Source: an uncultured Methanosarcinales archaeon
GTDB taxonomy: Archaea > Nanobdellota > Nanobdellia > Woesearchaeales > GW2011-AR9
Length of the DNA: 64,000 nt
Direction: 5' to 3'
Assembly (NCBI GenBank): GCA_964344285.1
Contig: CAYFMM010000003.1
Coordinates: 67,072-131,071 of the forward strand
Part shown: one piece after another, positions 47,932 to 57,714 of the stretch
Position numbering within the stretch: the first letter of the stretch is position 1
Layout of the letters: each line of letters starts with the position of its first letter
Made by a program: the position numbers and the translations under genes
Notes under the pieces: generated by a model
Told to the model about the DNA's origin: nothing
Database searches by the model: none
What the model saw: only the letters and a program-made list of their open reading frames with translations

Positions 47932-49263
47932 TTAATTTCTGCCAATACCATAATAGGTAAAGCCTTGCTGTTTTACATGAGAAGGGTTAAAGATATTTCT
48001 ACCATCAAAGACTACCTGGTGCTGCATTTGTTTTGCTAATTCTGCAAAGTTAATATTTCTAAACTCATCCCACTCTGTTGCAAGAATTAATGCAGAGCTT
48101 TGCTCAGCTGCTTTTTGAACTGTTGTGTGGTAATGAAGATTTTCTGTGTTAGGGAAGGCTAGTTTAATTTCTTCCATTGCAACAGGATCATAAACATGAA
48201 CAGCTGCACCTTGTTGTAACAAGTGTTTGATTAAATGCAGAGATGGAGCTTGGCGTATATCACTTGTTTTTGGTTTAAAGGATAAACCTAAAAGAGTAAA
48301 TCTTTTGCCTTGTAAGTTATGGTTAAAGTGTAGATTTATTTTATCTACAAGAATTTTTTTTTGACGTTCATTTAAGGAGTGTACTTCTTGTAATAATGTA
48401 GCGTTATACCCTTTCTCTTTGGCAGTTTGAATTAATGCTTGAACATCTTTTGGAAAGCAACTTCCCCCATAACCTATGCCTGCGTTCAAGAATTTAGGAC
48501 TAATTCTGTAGTCCATTCCAAGGCCTGTGGCAACTGTTTTAATGTCTGCACCTATTTTGTCAGCGATATTTGCAATTTCATTAATGAAACTAATTTTTGT
48601 TGCTAAGAAAGCATTGTTTGCATATTTCATTAACTCAGAGGTCTGCCAGTCAGTTTCAAGAATATTCATGTAAGGCCTTATGAACCCAGAATAAAGATCA
48701 TGCATAACTGCAAAAGCTTTTTGTGATTTTGCTCCAACTACAATCTTATCTGGGTGAGAAAAGTCATGCACTGCACTTCCTTCTTTAAGAAACTCAGGAT
48801 TTGATACCACATCAACGACAATATCTTTTGTAACATCTTCTCGCTGTTGTAGTTTTGCTAAGATGATCTCTTGACATTTTTGTGCTGTTCCTGCTGGAAC
48901 TGTGCTTTTGTTGATTAAGACTGTATATCCTTTTGCGTATTGGGCAATAGTTTCTGCTACAGTATATACAAAAGTTAAATCTGCAGAACCATCTTGCTTG
49001 CTTGGCGTACCTACACAATTAAAAATAACATCACTTTGTTTAATTACATCTGGTGCCTTTGTAGTAAATTGTAATCTTCCTTTTGCAACATTTCTTGTTA
49101 CAACGTCACGAAGCCCTGGTTCATAAAAAGGGATTCTTCCTTCTCGAAGGAGGTGAATTTTTTGTTCATCAATATCAACACAAACAACATTATGTCCTAA
49201 ATCAGCAAGACATGCTCCTGTGACAAGTCCCACGTATCCTGTGCCAAAACAACTAATGTTCAT
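47932..49263 (-). CDS. UDP-sugar 6-dehydrogenase (UDP-glucose/GDP-mannose dehydrogenase family; WbpA/WecC-like)
   Basis: N-terminal Rossmann motif ISCFGTGYVGLVTGACLA and the catalytic Cys region GGSCFPKD. Confidence 0.85.
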   Translation of the reverse strand: MNISCFGTGYVGLVTGACLADLGHNVVCVDIDEQKIHLLREGRIPFYEPGLRDVVTRNVAKGRLQFTTKAPDVIKQSDVIFNCVGTPSKQDGSADLTFVYTVAETIAQYAKGYTVLINKSTVPAGTAQKCQEIILAKLQQREDVTKDIVVDVVSNPEFLKEGSAVHDFSHPDKIVVGAKSQKAFAVMHDLYSGFIRPYMNILETDWQTSELMKYANNAFLATKISFINEIANIADKIGADIKTVATGLGMDYRISPKFLNAGIGYGGSCFPKDVQALIQTAKEKGYNATLLQEVHSLNERQKKILVDKINLHFNHNLQGKRFTLLGLSFKPKTSDIRQAPSLHLIKHLLQQGAAVHVYDPVAMEEIKLAFPNTENLHYHTTVQKAAEQSSALILATEWDEFRNINFAELAKQMQHQVVFDGRNIFNPSHVKQQGFTYYGIGRN

Positions 49264-50009
49264 TGTTCCTCCTTAGAAGTTTGTTCAAACAAGCTTCTTG
49301 CTTCTTCTAGTTTTTCAAAGCTACCTATGTCAAACCAGTATTCATCAAAAATAAAGCCGTGTACTTCTGTGTTTTTTGTAAGATGGATAATTAAGTCACC
49401 AGGGTTGTCAAATATTTGTTGTTGTAAAATAGATTCTATATTATGTAAGTCACTTTTAGAAAAAATGTAGCAGAGGGTACTAGCAAGTGTGCTTTTAGGG
49501 TTAGTGGGTTTTTCTTCAAAGTCAATTATTTTTGTTCCTTTTAAAATCCCTACTCCAAATTTATTACGTACTTCATCAGGATGTTTTAAGTCGCAAAAAG
49601 CAACTATAGAAGTTTGTTGTTGTTTGAAATAATCAGTGAATGATTGTAAAGAAAACCCAAAGAGATTATCTCCGCCAATGACTAAGAGGTCATCATCAAT
49701 TTGTAATTGTTTTATGGCAAAATTAATATCTCCTACTGCCCCAAGTCTATTTTCATTAGAAGTTGTTTGATCGTTAAGAAGTGTAATTGGAGTTGTAAAA
49801 GAAGAAGTTTCTTTCCATTGTATAAAATCAGCATGAAACTTTTCATTTGTGACAACGATTGCTTCTGTAATTTCATGAGAAGCGTCTATTTTTTCCATAA
49901 TATGGTCAAGTATTGGTTTATTTCCTACTTTTAAAAGAGGTTTTGCTGTTTTTTCTGTTAAAGGGTACAATCTTGTGGCAAAACCAGCGCAGAGCACTAA
50001 TACTTTCAT
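49260..50009 (-). CDS. sugar-phosphate nucleotidyltransferase
   Basis: MKVLVLCAGFATRLYPLTEKTAKPLL matches the NTP_transferase signature. Confidence 0.7.
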   Translation of the reverse strand: MKVLVLCAGFATRLYPLTEKTAKPLLKVGNKPILDHIMEKIDASHEITEAIVVTNEKFHADFIQWKETSSFTTPITLLNDQTTSNENRLGAVGDINFAIKQLQIDDDLLVIGGDNLFGFSLQSFTDYFKQQQTSIVAFCDLKHPDEVRNKFGVGILKGTKIIDFEEKPTNPKSTLASTLCYIFSKSDLHNIESILQQQIFDNPGDLIIHLTKNTEVHGFIFDEYWFDIGSFEKLEEARSLFEQTSKEEQ

Positions 50010-50103
50010 GACTAAAAACGAAATAAAATCGCTTTAAAAGGGTTATGGAAGAAGAGAATATTTACTGGAAAAGCCTTATAAAAATAAGCTAAAAATAGTT
50101 ATT

Positions 50104-50916
50104 ATGAATAAATTTCCTTTTGCATGGAAGGTTTCTCACAATAGACGAGAATCATACCTTCTTGGAACAAGTCATAAACCATATGGACCCGAAGTAGTTA
50201 CTGCAGGAACTGAGTTAGTTGACAAAGTAGATTGCCTTTTAGTGGAAGGTAACAAACACAATCTTATTGAGGAACCGTCCATAGTCTCGCCTCGCCCAAT
50301 GTTGGATGTGCTAGACACAAAGAGGTACAATGAACTCCACGCCTTATTACATTCTCTATTGTGCAACCACAGCAAAAGAGATATCAACGAAACAGTAACA
50401 TATCTAGAAAGATTACATTTGTGGGCTATTCCCTTAATTATAAGTACATATCAAGCAGAAGCTCAAAAATCAAACGCACGAAAAAGAGAGGTTGTTCTTG
50501 ATGAAGTACTTAAGAACCATGGAGAAAGACAAGGAAAGGATATAATCACCCTTGATGATACTTCAAAATATTGTAAAATAATGTCTGACTTAACCATAGG
50601 TGCACAGTATGCTTTATTCGTCTCTACTCTTCAACATAAATCCCAAGATGATGAAAAGGCAGAAGCAGACAGTTATTTAGACGGAGATCTTTCTAAGTTA
50701 GCAAATTTATTCCAAGGAGAAGTTGAGTCTGAATACAAAAGAGTTGTTCTTGAGGGGAGAAATAAATCTTGGATGAAAAAAATTAATGATGAAATGAAAA
50801 AGCGTTCTGTGGCAGTAGTTGTAGGAGCTGCGCATATGGTTGGAAAAAATGGTCTTGTAAACCTCTTAAGAGGTAAAGGAAAAAAAGTGGAAAGAATAGA
50901 GTACGTTAGAACATAA
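50104..50916 (+). CDS. TraB/GumN family protein
   Basis: N-terminal LLGTSH motif and C-terminal AAHMVG. Confidence 0.45.
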   Translation: MNKFPFAWKVSHNRRESYLLGTSHKPYGPEVVTAGTELVDKVDCLLVEGNKHNLIEEPSIVSPRPMLDVLDTKRYNELHALLHSLLCNHSKRDINETVTYLERLHLWAIPLIISTYQAEAQKSNARKREVVLDEVLKNHGERQGKDIITLDDTSKYCKIMSDLTIGAQYALFVSTLQHKSQDDEKAEADSYLDGDLSKLANLFQGEVESEYKRVVLEGRNKSWMKKINDEMKKRSVAVVVGAAHMVGKNGLVNLLRGKGKKVERIEYVRT

Positions 50917-50971
50917 CAAAACTCAAAACCTATAACAAACAAAGACCTAGATTACTAAAATAATAAAGAAA

Positions 50972-51086
50972 AGGTGGACAGCTAACCAAGTTTCCCGCGT
51001 AATGCAGTACACCAAGGAACGGAAGCGCGCTTAACTTCTGTGTTCGAAAAGGGAACAGGTGAACCACGCCCCTATGGCCGTCCAAT
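50972..51086 (-). rRNA. rrf: 5S ribosomal RNA (boundaries approximate)
   Basis: The minus strand reads TGGACGGCCATAGGGGCGTGGTTCACCTGTTCCCTTTTCGAACACAGAAGTTAAGCGCGC...GCTGTCCACC. This carries the universal 5S loop C and helix III motif (CCGAACAC.GAAGTTAAGC). The 5-prime GGACGGC pairs with the 3-prime GCTGTCC as helix I. It is a GC-rich island in AT-rich surroundings. Confidence 0.75.
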
Positions 51087-51180
51087 AAGCTTATTTATAC
51101 AGGTTATTTATAAAGTTTTCCACCCTAAATACGTTATTTCCTTCACAATCCTTATTAAGAGAGATTCTCTTTTAGAGAAT

Positions 51181-51936
51181 ATGAATTACTTACACAAAAA
51201 GGTGATTATTGCTGACGTTGATGAGACTATTTGCGAGAGTTGCCAAGTAATTTCAGATGAGATGGCAACAAAGATAAATAGTTTAATTGCACAAGGGTTT
51301 ATAGTTGCATTTGTAAGTGGCACTCACCAATCAGAGCTAAAACGTATGATCTCAAATCAAATTAAAGGAGAACACCACATTTTAGCAAATACTGGCACAC
51401 ATTATTGTGTTATGAATAATGAAACTGAAAAAGAGATACATAATGAAGTGTTTTCTACTAAAGAAAAAGAAGAAATTTTGTCTGCAATCGCACAAGTTGT
51501 GCAAAAATTTTCTTTAGTTCCTCTTACATCTGCAAAGGACCAAATTCAAGATCGCGGCTCACAAATTACGTTAGTAGCATTAGGTAGAAATGCTCCTATT
51601 GAGATTAAAAAAGCATATGATCCAGATGGCAAAAAACGTTTAGAAATGTTACCTTTGTTTGAAAATTTGTTGAATCATGAAGAAAAGAAGTATGAAATCA
51701 AGGTAGCAGGAACAACATCAATCGACATCACAAGAAAAGGGATTGATAAAGAATGGGCAATTCGAAAGTTTGTAAATTATTATGAGATTTCCTTCTCAGA
51801 CATATTATTTTTTGGCGATAAAATTTATCCTGGAGGAAATGATTATCCTGCCAGTAAAATAGTTGATTGTATTAGTGTTAAAAATCCTAATGAGACTCTT
51901 AAAAGGCTATATGAAATATTTCCAAAAAGCGTTTAA
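51181..51936 (+). CDS. HAD superfamily hydrolase
   Basis: Motif I IIADVDETI. The ORF-track start at 51040 would overlap the 5S rRNA, so the start is placed at Met 51181 (MNYLHKK). Confidence 0.5.
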   Translation: MNYLHKKVIIADVDETICESCQVISDEMATKINSLIAQGFIVAFVSGTHQSELKRMISNQIKGEHHILANTGTHYCVMNNETEKEIHNEVFSTKEKEEILSAIAQVVQKFSLVPLTSAKDQIQDRGSQITLVALGRNAPIEIKKAYDPDGKKRLEMLPLFENLLNHEEKKYEIKVAGTTSIDITRKGIDKEWAIRKFVNYYEISFSDILFFGDKIYPGGNDYPASKIVDCISVKNPNETLKRLYEIFPKSV

Positions 51937-51938
51937 TT

Positions 51939-52427
51939 TCAACGAATTTTAGGTCTTGCTTCTTGATGTTGGTATCCTTCAATAATCGCTTCAATTCTTT
52001 CTCCTTTTTTTTCTTCATTTGAACCTTGTCCGAAAATTAACGTAAATAACCCTCTTTCTCCCTGATATATTTTATCTTGTTTTGTTGCTACCCAAATTCT
52101 TCCATTAAACACCAAATCAAGTCCTTCAAACCCATCAGCCATTTCTCTATTCTGATAGATCGAGAGATTGCCGTTAAATAAAACGCCTGGTTGTTTAGCA
52201 GCAGAATAAGGCGTGGCTGGGGTATTGATTGTAGCTAAATATTTAGCAGCATTTGCATCAACGACATACGGACCAAAAGTTTCATGGACTCTTTCGATTC
52301 CAAATGATTTTGTAAGAATAGTTGGCTTACAACCTACAGGAAGTTCATTTACACGACCTGACCTTGTTGGAGTCTCCCAAGGATAAAGGTAGGAATCATA
52401 AAGAAATATCTTTTCTTGCTCAGCCAT
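51939..52427 (-). CDS. hypothetical protein
   Basis: 162 aa ORF with ordinary composition. No motif recognised. Confidence 0.4.
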   Translation of the reverse strand: MAEQEKIFLYDSYLYPWETPTRSGRVNELPVGCKPTILTKSFGIERVHETFGPYVVDANAAKYLATINTPATPYSAAKQPGVLFNGNLSIYQNREMADGFEGLDLVFNGRIWVATKQDKIYQGERGLFTLIFGQGSNEEKKGERIEAIIEGYQHQEARPKIR

Positions 52428-52485
52428 CGCTTTTATGATGAGACTTCTGTTTATAATAATTCTTGTCTTTCAGTACACAAAACTT

Positions 52486-53232
52486 TCATTTAGCATTTGC
52501 CCAGAGAATTTCAAAAATCTTTTTTTTGTCTTCTGCAAGCACTTTATCCTTAACTAATAACCCCCAAAGATCTTGACGAATAAGTTTGATAGTAGCAATT
52601 TTATCTCCATAAATAAAAGTAACAGAGTTTATCTCAAATTTTTCTAATGAGCGAGTTTGTCTATGTTCCAGTTTATCTTTAGCACGTAGTTTTTTAGTGG
52701 AAGAAGACCTCTCTTGAATAACTCTAGTTTTCAATCCTAATTTGCTTCTTTGTTGGATATAGTGAGGAAAATAGTAGATAAAAATATCAAATATTTTTGA
52801 AGTTGAGATAACATCAATTTGATTTTTAGTAGATAGAATATCACTTAAAATCGTTTCTACACCTGCTTTCCCCTCATACATTTCAGTAGTTGGTTTTTCA
52901 ATTTTTGTTTTTTGTAATAGTTCTAATTGGTCCATTACAGAGAGGAGCTTCTTTTTTTTATCATCTAAAATTGTAACTAAACGCTTTGGTTCAACTACTT
53001 CATAATGAGCTGTTTTGTTTTTAACAACTTTAGAAGCAATTCCTTTTTCAAGAAATGATTTTAAGATATCGTATGTGGTGGAACGGTTGAGGTCTGACTT
53101 TTCAGAAATCCTTGTTGCTGTGGTATTCCCTAATTCTAAAGAGGCAAGGTAAATTTTAACTTCCTTAGGAGATAGACCATAAGAAGCTAATGCTTCTTGA
53201 ATAGTAAGATGTTGCATAGACATATCAAACAA
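52486..53232 (-). CDS. TrmB family transcriptional regulator
   Basis: N-terminal wHTH (LSPKEVKIYLASLELGNTTATRISEKSDLNRSTTYDILKSFLEKG) and a C-terminal TrmB-like domain. Confidence 0.65.
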   Translation of the reverse strand: MFDMSMQHLTIQEALASYGLSPKEVKIYLASLELGNTTATRISEKSDLNRSTTYDILKSFLEKGIASKVVKNKTAHYEVVEPKRLVTILDDKKKKLLSVMDQLELLQKTKIEKPTTEMYEGKAGVETILSDILSTKNQIDVISTSKIFDIFIYYFPHYIQQRSKLGLKTRVIQERSSSTKKLRAKDKLEHRQTRSLEKFEINSVTFIYGDKIATIKLIRQDLWGLLVKDKVLAEDKKKIFEILWANAK

Positions 53233-53306
53233 AAGAAGTTTATTAAATTGTCGGTTAAAAAAACCAACAAAGGTTTAAATATTGTTCTCACTGATAAGTT
53301 ATTAAG

Positions 53307-54068
53307 ATGGAACCTACAATTATTGCTGGCCCTTGTGCCGTCGAAAGTAAAGAGCAGATATTAGACTTAGCACATACCCTTAAAGGCATAGGAGTCAAAT
53401 ACCTACGTGGAGGAGCATACAAACCTCGAACCTCCCCCGAAAGTTTTCAAGGATTAAAAGAAAAAGGGCTACAATACCTTGCTGAGGCAAAAGCAAAAAC
53501 AGGACTTAAAGTAGTTACAGAGGTGGTTTCTATAGATGATATTGAGAGAATTGCTGAGGTTGCAGATGTATTGCAAATTGGAAGTAGAAATATGCACAAT
53601 TATGATTTATTAACACAAATTGGAAAAAGAGCACCCAGTAAGACAGTTCTCTTAAAAAGAGGGATGCAAGCTACAAAACAAGAAGTATTAGGAGCTATTG
53701 GATATTTACGGAGTAACGGACATTTAGGAAGATTATATGTCTGTGAAAGAGGGATAAGAACATTTGCTAATGGAGAATATGATCGATTCACAATGGACAC
53801 ATCATTGATAGCAGATCTAAAGCAGGACCCTAAGTTTGAATATGAGGTTATTGTTGACCCTAGTCATCCTGCTGGAAGAAATGAGTTAGTAGCACCATTA
53901 GCATATGCAGGAATTGCTGCAGGAGGAGATGGTTTAATTATTGAAGTAAAACGTGATAATGATGCACCTCTTTCTGACGCGAAACAAGCAATTACAATAG
54001 AACAATTAAAGGAGATTATGCATAGAGCTTCAGGAATTTATAAAATTGTAAAAGGAGACACTCAATAA
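53307..54068 (+). CDS. 3-deoxy-7-phosphoheptulonate (DAHP) synthase class I-beta / KDO8P synthase family aldolase
   Basis: Strong resemblance to short archaeal DAHP synthases: IIAGPCAVES, LRGGAYKPRTSP, and DPSH. Confidence 0.75.
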   Translation: MEPTIIAGPCAVESKEQILDLAHTLKGIGVKYLRGGAYKPRTSPESFQGLKEKGLQYLAEAKAKTGLKVVTEVVSIDDIERIAEVADVLQIGSRNMHNYDLLTQIGKRAPSKTVLLKRGMQATKQEVLGAIGYLRSNGHLGRLYVCERGIRTFANGEYDRFTMDTSLIADLKQDPKFEYEVIVDPSHPAGRNELVAPLAYAGIAAGGDGLIIEVKRDNDAPLSDAKQAITIEQLKEIMHRASGIYKIVKGDTQ

Positions 54069-54655
54069 TGATTGTCACACAAAATCTTCATACTGATAGA
54101 TTAGAAAAGAAGTATGGCATAGTTCACGCTGAAGTAATAGAGCACACAGCAAGAAGAAGACAATGTAAGATTATAGACGCTAATGGAAAACTACAGACGT
54201 ATGCTATTACATTTTTTGAAGATTCTCTTAATGAACCAGAAATAGAGGAAAGGATTCGCCAAGGAGGATTGATTGGTAAGACTTTGCGAGAAAAGGGATA
54301 TGAAATTCGCAAAAGTAAATTGGACGAGTATAACTTGCCCCTCTCAAAAAGAATCCAAGAGATGTTTAAAGTCTCAAAAGGAAGGAGCAGAGTTAAGATT
54401 TATGATTTTTATGCTATGAAAGAAAAACCATTGTTGTATGGTACGATAGTAGAAATTTATTCACCTGAACAAGAGGAGTCTAAAAAAATTCAGGCTTCAA
54501 ACATGGCATCTAAAATCCTACGGAAATATGGATTTACAAACCAAGAGATTTGGGAAGCGTTAGGGAATGGAAAGATCTTAGAAAGTTTAGAAACTAAGAC
54601 TGAATCAGAATATCATATCTCCCAGATTAGAAAAGAGATCCAAGGGTTAATTTAA
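54068..54655 (+). CDS. hypothetical protein co-transcribed with the DAHP/KDO8P-synthase-family gene
   Basis: Start ATG overlaps the upstream stop (TAATGA). No motif recognised. Confidence 0.45.
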   Translation: MIVTQNLHTDRLEKKYGIVHAEVIEHTARRRQCKIIDANGKLQTYAITFFEDSLNEPEIEERIRQGGLIGKTLREKGYEIRKSKLDEYNLPLSKRIQEMFKVSKGRSRVKIYDFYAMKEKPLLYGTIVEIYSPEQEESKKIQASNMASKILRKYGFTNQEIWEALGNGKILESLETKTESEYHISQIRKEIQGLI

Positions 54656-54715
54656 ATTTTCAATCACACACATATCACCACAATAGATATAAACAGCCAC
54701 TTCTTCCTAAATTAG

Positions 54716-55624
54716 ATGGATGAAGAAATTATTGCCAAATTGCTCAAAGCGGGAAAAGTTGCAGGGCAAGTGCGACGTGAGGGTGCTCTAAAACTTTCTA
54801 AAGTAGGAGTTTCATATAAGGAAGTCCTAGACTATTGTGAAGAGCGAATCATAAAACTTGGTGGAGAAATTGCGTGGGCTCAAATGGCAATTAACGATGT
54901 GGCAGCACACGATTGTCCAACTGATGAAGACACTAAAGTGACAGAAGAAGGGGACGTTGTAAAGATTGATATTGGCGTGCATCAAGACGGATGGATTGCA
55001 GATAATGCAATGACTGTTGAAGTAGGCAGTAACAAGAACAATGATTTGATAAAAGCATCTCAAAACGCATTAAAATCAGCAATTAAACTTGTTCGTCCAG
55101 GAACTCAACTGCGAGAGTTGGGAGCAGCACAGGCATCTGAGGCAGAAGCAATGGGTTTTAAGACTGTGCGAAATTTATGTGGACATTCTATTGATCAGTA
55201 TAAGGTACATGCAGGAACAACAATTCCTAGTTTTGATAATAAGTCTAAAGTAGAATTACAAGAAGGAATGCAAATTGCAATTGAGCCGTTTGTTACAAAT
55301 GGAGTTGGACTCATTAAAGAAAAAGGGCCTGCAACTATTTTTATGGCACGACCAAATAGTAGAGCAAGAGGACCTGCTGCTCGCAAAATTTTAGAATTTG
55401 TAAAACCAAGAAATGGACTGCCGTTTCATACACGAGAGGTAACTAGGGCGCTTGGTAAAGGCACATTTGCTCTGGGGATGAGAGAGTTAAAACAAAGCGG
55501 AATTGTAACAGGTTATCCCCCACTTGCAGAGGTTGAAAGGGGCATAGTTGCACAACACGAACATTCAATGATTGTCAAAGATAAACCAATAGTGTATACA
55601 AGACATGAAGAAGATCAGTGGTAA
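54716..55624 (+). CDS. map: methionine aminopeptidase, type 2 (archaeal form)
   Basis: Pita-bread fold metal ligands (DIGVH, CGHSIDQY, EPF) and archaeal-type length (~300 aa). Confidence 0.8.
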   Translation: MDEEIIAKLLKAGKVAGQVRREGALKLSKVGVSYKEVLDYCEERIIKLGGEIAWAQMAINDVAAHDCPTDEDTKVTEEGDVVKIDIGVHQDGWIADNAMTVEVGSNKNNDLIKASQNALKSAIKLVRPGTQLRELGAAQASEAEAMGFKTVRNLCGHSIDQYKVHAGTTIPSFDNKSKVELQEGMQIAIEPFVTNGVGLIKEKGPATIFMARPNSRARGPAARKILEFVKPRNGLPFHTREVTRALGKGTFALGMRELKQSGIVTGYPPLAEVERGIVAQHEHSMIVKDKPIVYTRHEEDQW

Positions 55625-55637
55625 ACTCAAAATTATT

Positions 55638-55808
55638 TTATTTCTCTCCATTTAATCTAGGTAAGACTTGATATGCAAATAATGCTCCTGCAATAATAAT
55701 TCCCCAAAAGATTAGACTTCCAATTTTGCCAAGCGCAAATAATATTAGATTTAAAATCATAACTAAAAGAATTAAAAAACTAAGATATCTAATGATGTGT
55801 GGATTCAT
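55638..55808 (-). CDS. small hydrophobic peptide (two predicted TM helices)
   Basis: A ~56 aa ORF (MNPHIIRYLSFLILLVMILNLILFALGKIGSLIFWGIIIAGALFAYQ...) absent from the ORF track (below its size cutoff). It lies downstream of the antitoxin-like gene on the same strand. Confidence 0.25.
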   Translation of the reverse strand: MNPHIIRYLSFLILLVMILNLILFALGKIGSLIFWGIIIAGALFAYQVLPRLNGEK

Positions 55809-55908
55809 TTTTTAAATTGACCTAACTCTTTGTATATATTTTTGCGATGACCCAAGCCTAAGACTAATAGTTTTTTCTTAAATTTAATATCAAAAATAAG
55901 GGTGTAAA

Positions 55909-56103
55909 TCACTGTAAAACATCCTTTTCTGTTAAGAATTCTCCAGACTCAATTCTACTTAATGCTTCTTTAATTTCTTGCATCTCTTCTTTGTCATTTA
56001 AAAGAGTTACCGTTTCCCTTAACCGTTCCATGTATTCTTGCATATCTTCATACTCCTCTTTAGAAAGGCTAATCATTTCTTCATCTCGAGTTATTGTTTG
56101 CAT
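55909..56103 (-). CDS. Phd/YefM-like antitoxin-fold small protein
   Basis: 64 aa acidic protein. ISLSKEEYEDMQEYMERL ... IESGEFLTEKDV resembles the Phd/YefM pattern (hydrophobic-acidic core ending in a G-x-x-x-T/S). Confidence 0.4.
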   Translation of the reverse strand: MQTITRDEEMISLSKEEYEDMQEYMERLRETVTLLNDKEEMQEIKEALSRIESGEFLTEKDVLQ

Positions 56104-56134
56104 AGAAAAGTAAAGTAAAAGAATTTTTATAAAT

Positions 56135-57403
56135 CTATCGCACTATTTTTACTACTTCTTTTATTCCCAGCAATTGTTCATCACCTGTTTGCATATCCCG
56201 TAACATTACTTTCTTTTTTGCAAGTTCGTCTTCGCCAAGGATAATTGCATAAGGAATACCTAAAGCGTTTGCGTATTGTAAGTTTTTGCTAACTCCTTTT
56301 TTTCCAATTACAATGTCTGCTGGGATTTTTGCATCACGCAGCGTTGCTACGATTTCTAAAGATTCATTAAGAGTTCCAAGGGGTACTACTAAAACTTGAG
56401 TTGGAGTTTGCTTTGCTTTTTCTCCTTTTAGTCTAAGAGCATCCATTATTGTTTCAATTCCATACGAAATTCCAATTGCAGGAACTACTCTGCCACCTCC
56501 TAAAAAAGAACCAATGATATTATCGTAGCGTCCACCACCAGCAATAGAAGAGGTAATGGATTTATCTTTAAGGAACGCTTCTGTAACAGTGCCTGTGTAA
56601 TATGCTAAACCTCGTGCTAAGGAGATATCAAATTCTACGTTGTTAATGCCAAGCTGGTTTAGATAGGTAAAGACTTCAGTGAGCTCTTGAATGCCTTCTT
56701 GAGCAGTTTTATTTTGTACTTTTTCTTGGAGTTGTGTAAGAGATGTTTTTTCATCTATGAACTCAAAGATCTTTTTTGCATTTTTGATTTTGCGCTCTTC
56801 TAATTCTTTTAAGACCCCTTTTTGACCAATTTTTTCTAATTTGTCAATTGCAATAATTGCATTTTCTTTGTCTTTAATACCACATTCTTCTAAAATCCCA
56901 TTGAGAATTTTTCGATTGTTTACTTTGATTACTGCATCAAGATTGAGTTTAGAAAAACCAGTGCTAAGAACTGCTAGACATTGTGCATCTGCAAGCATGG
57001 ATGGTGTTCCAATAATATCTGCATCCATTTGCCAAAATTCCCTATATCTACCTAGTTTGATTGGGCCATCTCTGTAAACACGACCTACAGCGTAGCGCTT
57101 AAAGGGCATTTTTAAGGTTGGATTCATTGCCACATATCTTGCAAGCGGTACTGTTAAATCAAAGCGTAAAGCTAGTTTACGTTTTCCCTGGTCTGTTAGT
57201 TTAAATGTTTCTTTCATTGCATCAGAGTCTTCTCCAGCTGCAAATTTTGCAGCAAGGGTTTCATAGCGCTCAATAATTGGTGTTTCAAGTGGCGCAAATC
57301 CATAGAGTTCAAAGACCTCTTGCAATGTGTTAATTACTTTATTTTTGAGTAGTTTATCTTCGGGGTTAATGTCCCGGGTTCCTTTTGCGTTTTGTAATTT
57401 CAT
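56135..57403 (-). CDS. hisS: histidyl-tRNA synthetase
   Basis: Class II aaRS motifs with the HisRS N-terminus (KGTRDINPED...) and a C-terminal anticodon-binding domain. Confidence 0.85.
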   Translation of the reverse strand: MKLQNAKGTRDINPEDKLLKNKVINTLQEVFELYGFAPLETPIIERYETLAAKFAAGEDSDAMKETFKLTDQGKRKLALRFDLTVPLARYVAMNPTLKMPFKRYAVGRVYRDGPIKLGRYREFWQMDADIIGTPSMLADAQCLAVLSTGFSKLNLDAVIKVNNRKILNGILEECGIKDKENAIIAIDKLEKIGQKGVLKELEERKIKNAKKIFEFIDEKTSLTQLQEKVQNKTAQEGIQELTEVFTYLNQLGINNVEFDISLARGLAYYTGTVTEAFLKDKSITSSIAGGGRYDNIIGSFLGGGRVVPAIGISYGIETIMDALRLKGEKAKQTPTQVLVVPLGTLNESLEIVATLRDAKIPADIVIGKKGVSKNLQYANALGIPYAIILGEDELAKKKVMLRDMQTGDEQLLGIKEVVKIVR

Positions 57404-57440
57404 GTTGTATTCCTCGTTAATGATTTATTGTTTATTAAGT

Positions 57441-57659
57441 TTACTTGTAATTTCCATACAAAGTATATGTGCGTTGATTATTGCCATAGTATTCTATGAT
57501 CATACTAGGAATTGTTTGAAGATAGTCTTCTTGTTCTGCTGTTAGACCATCATTATCTAAGTAACGTTGTTCTTCAATAATTCTGAGTAAAAAAGAGTTA
57601 TTAACAATGAACACCTTGGCTAGTTTTGCTGTCGCTACCTTGACTACCTCTTTGTTCAC
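57441..57659 (-). CDS. hypothetical small protein
   Basis: 72 aa ORF immediately upstream of hisS on the same strand. No motif recognised. Confidence 0.3.
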   Translation of the reverse strand: MNKEVVKVATAKLAKVFIVNNSFLLRIIEEQRYLDNDGLTAEQEDYLQTIPSMIIEYYGNNQRTYTLYGNYK

Positions 57660-57714
57660 TTACTTTTTGTTCAATTCCTTTTTTTGTCATGTTTGTATAT
57701 CTCCCTGTTTAGAG

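Noticed and set aside
51040-51180. 5-prime extension of ORF 51040..51936 (MFEKGTGEPRPYGRP...)
   Set aside because: This stretch is the reverse complement of a 5S rRNA gene. The HAD hydrolase most plausibly starts at Met 51181.
53307-54068. Calling the aldolase definitively aroF or kdsA
   Set aside because: The family membership is clear. The DAHP and KDO8P synthase subfamilies cannot be separated by eye, so only the family-level call is given.
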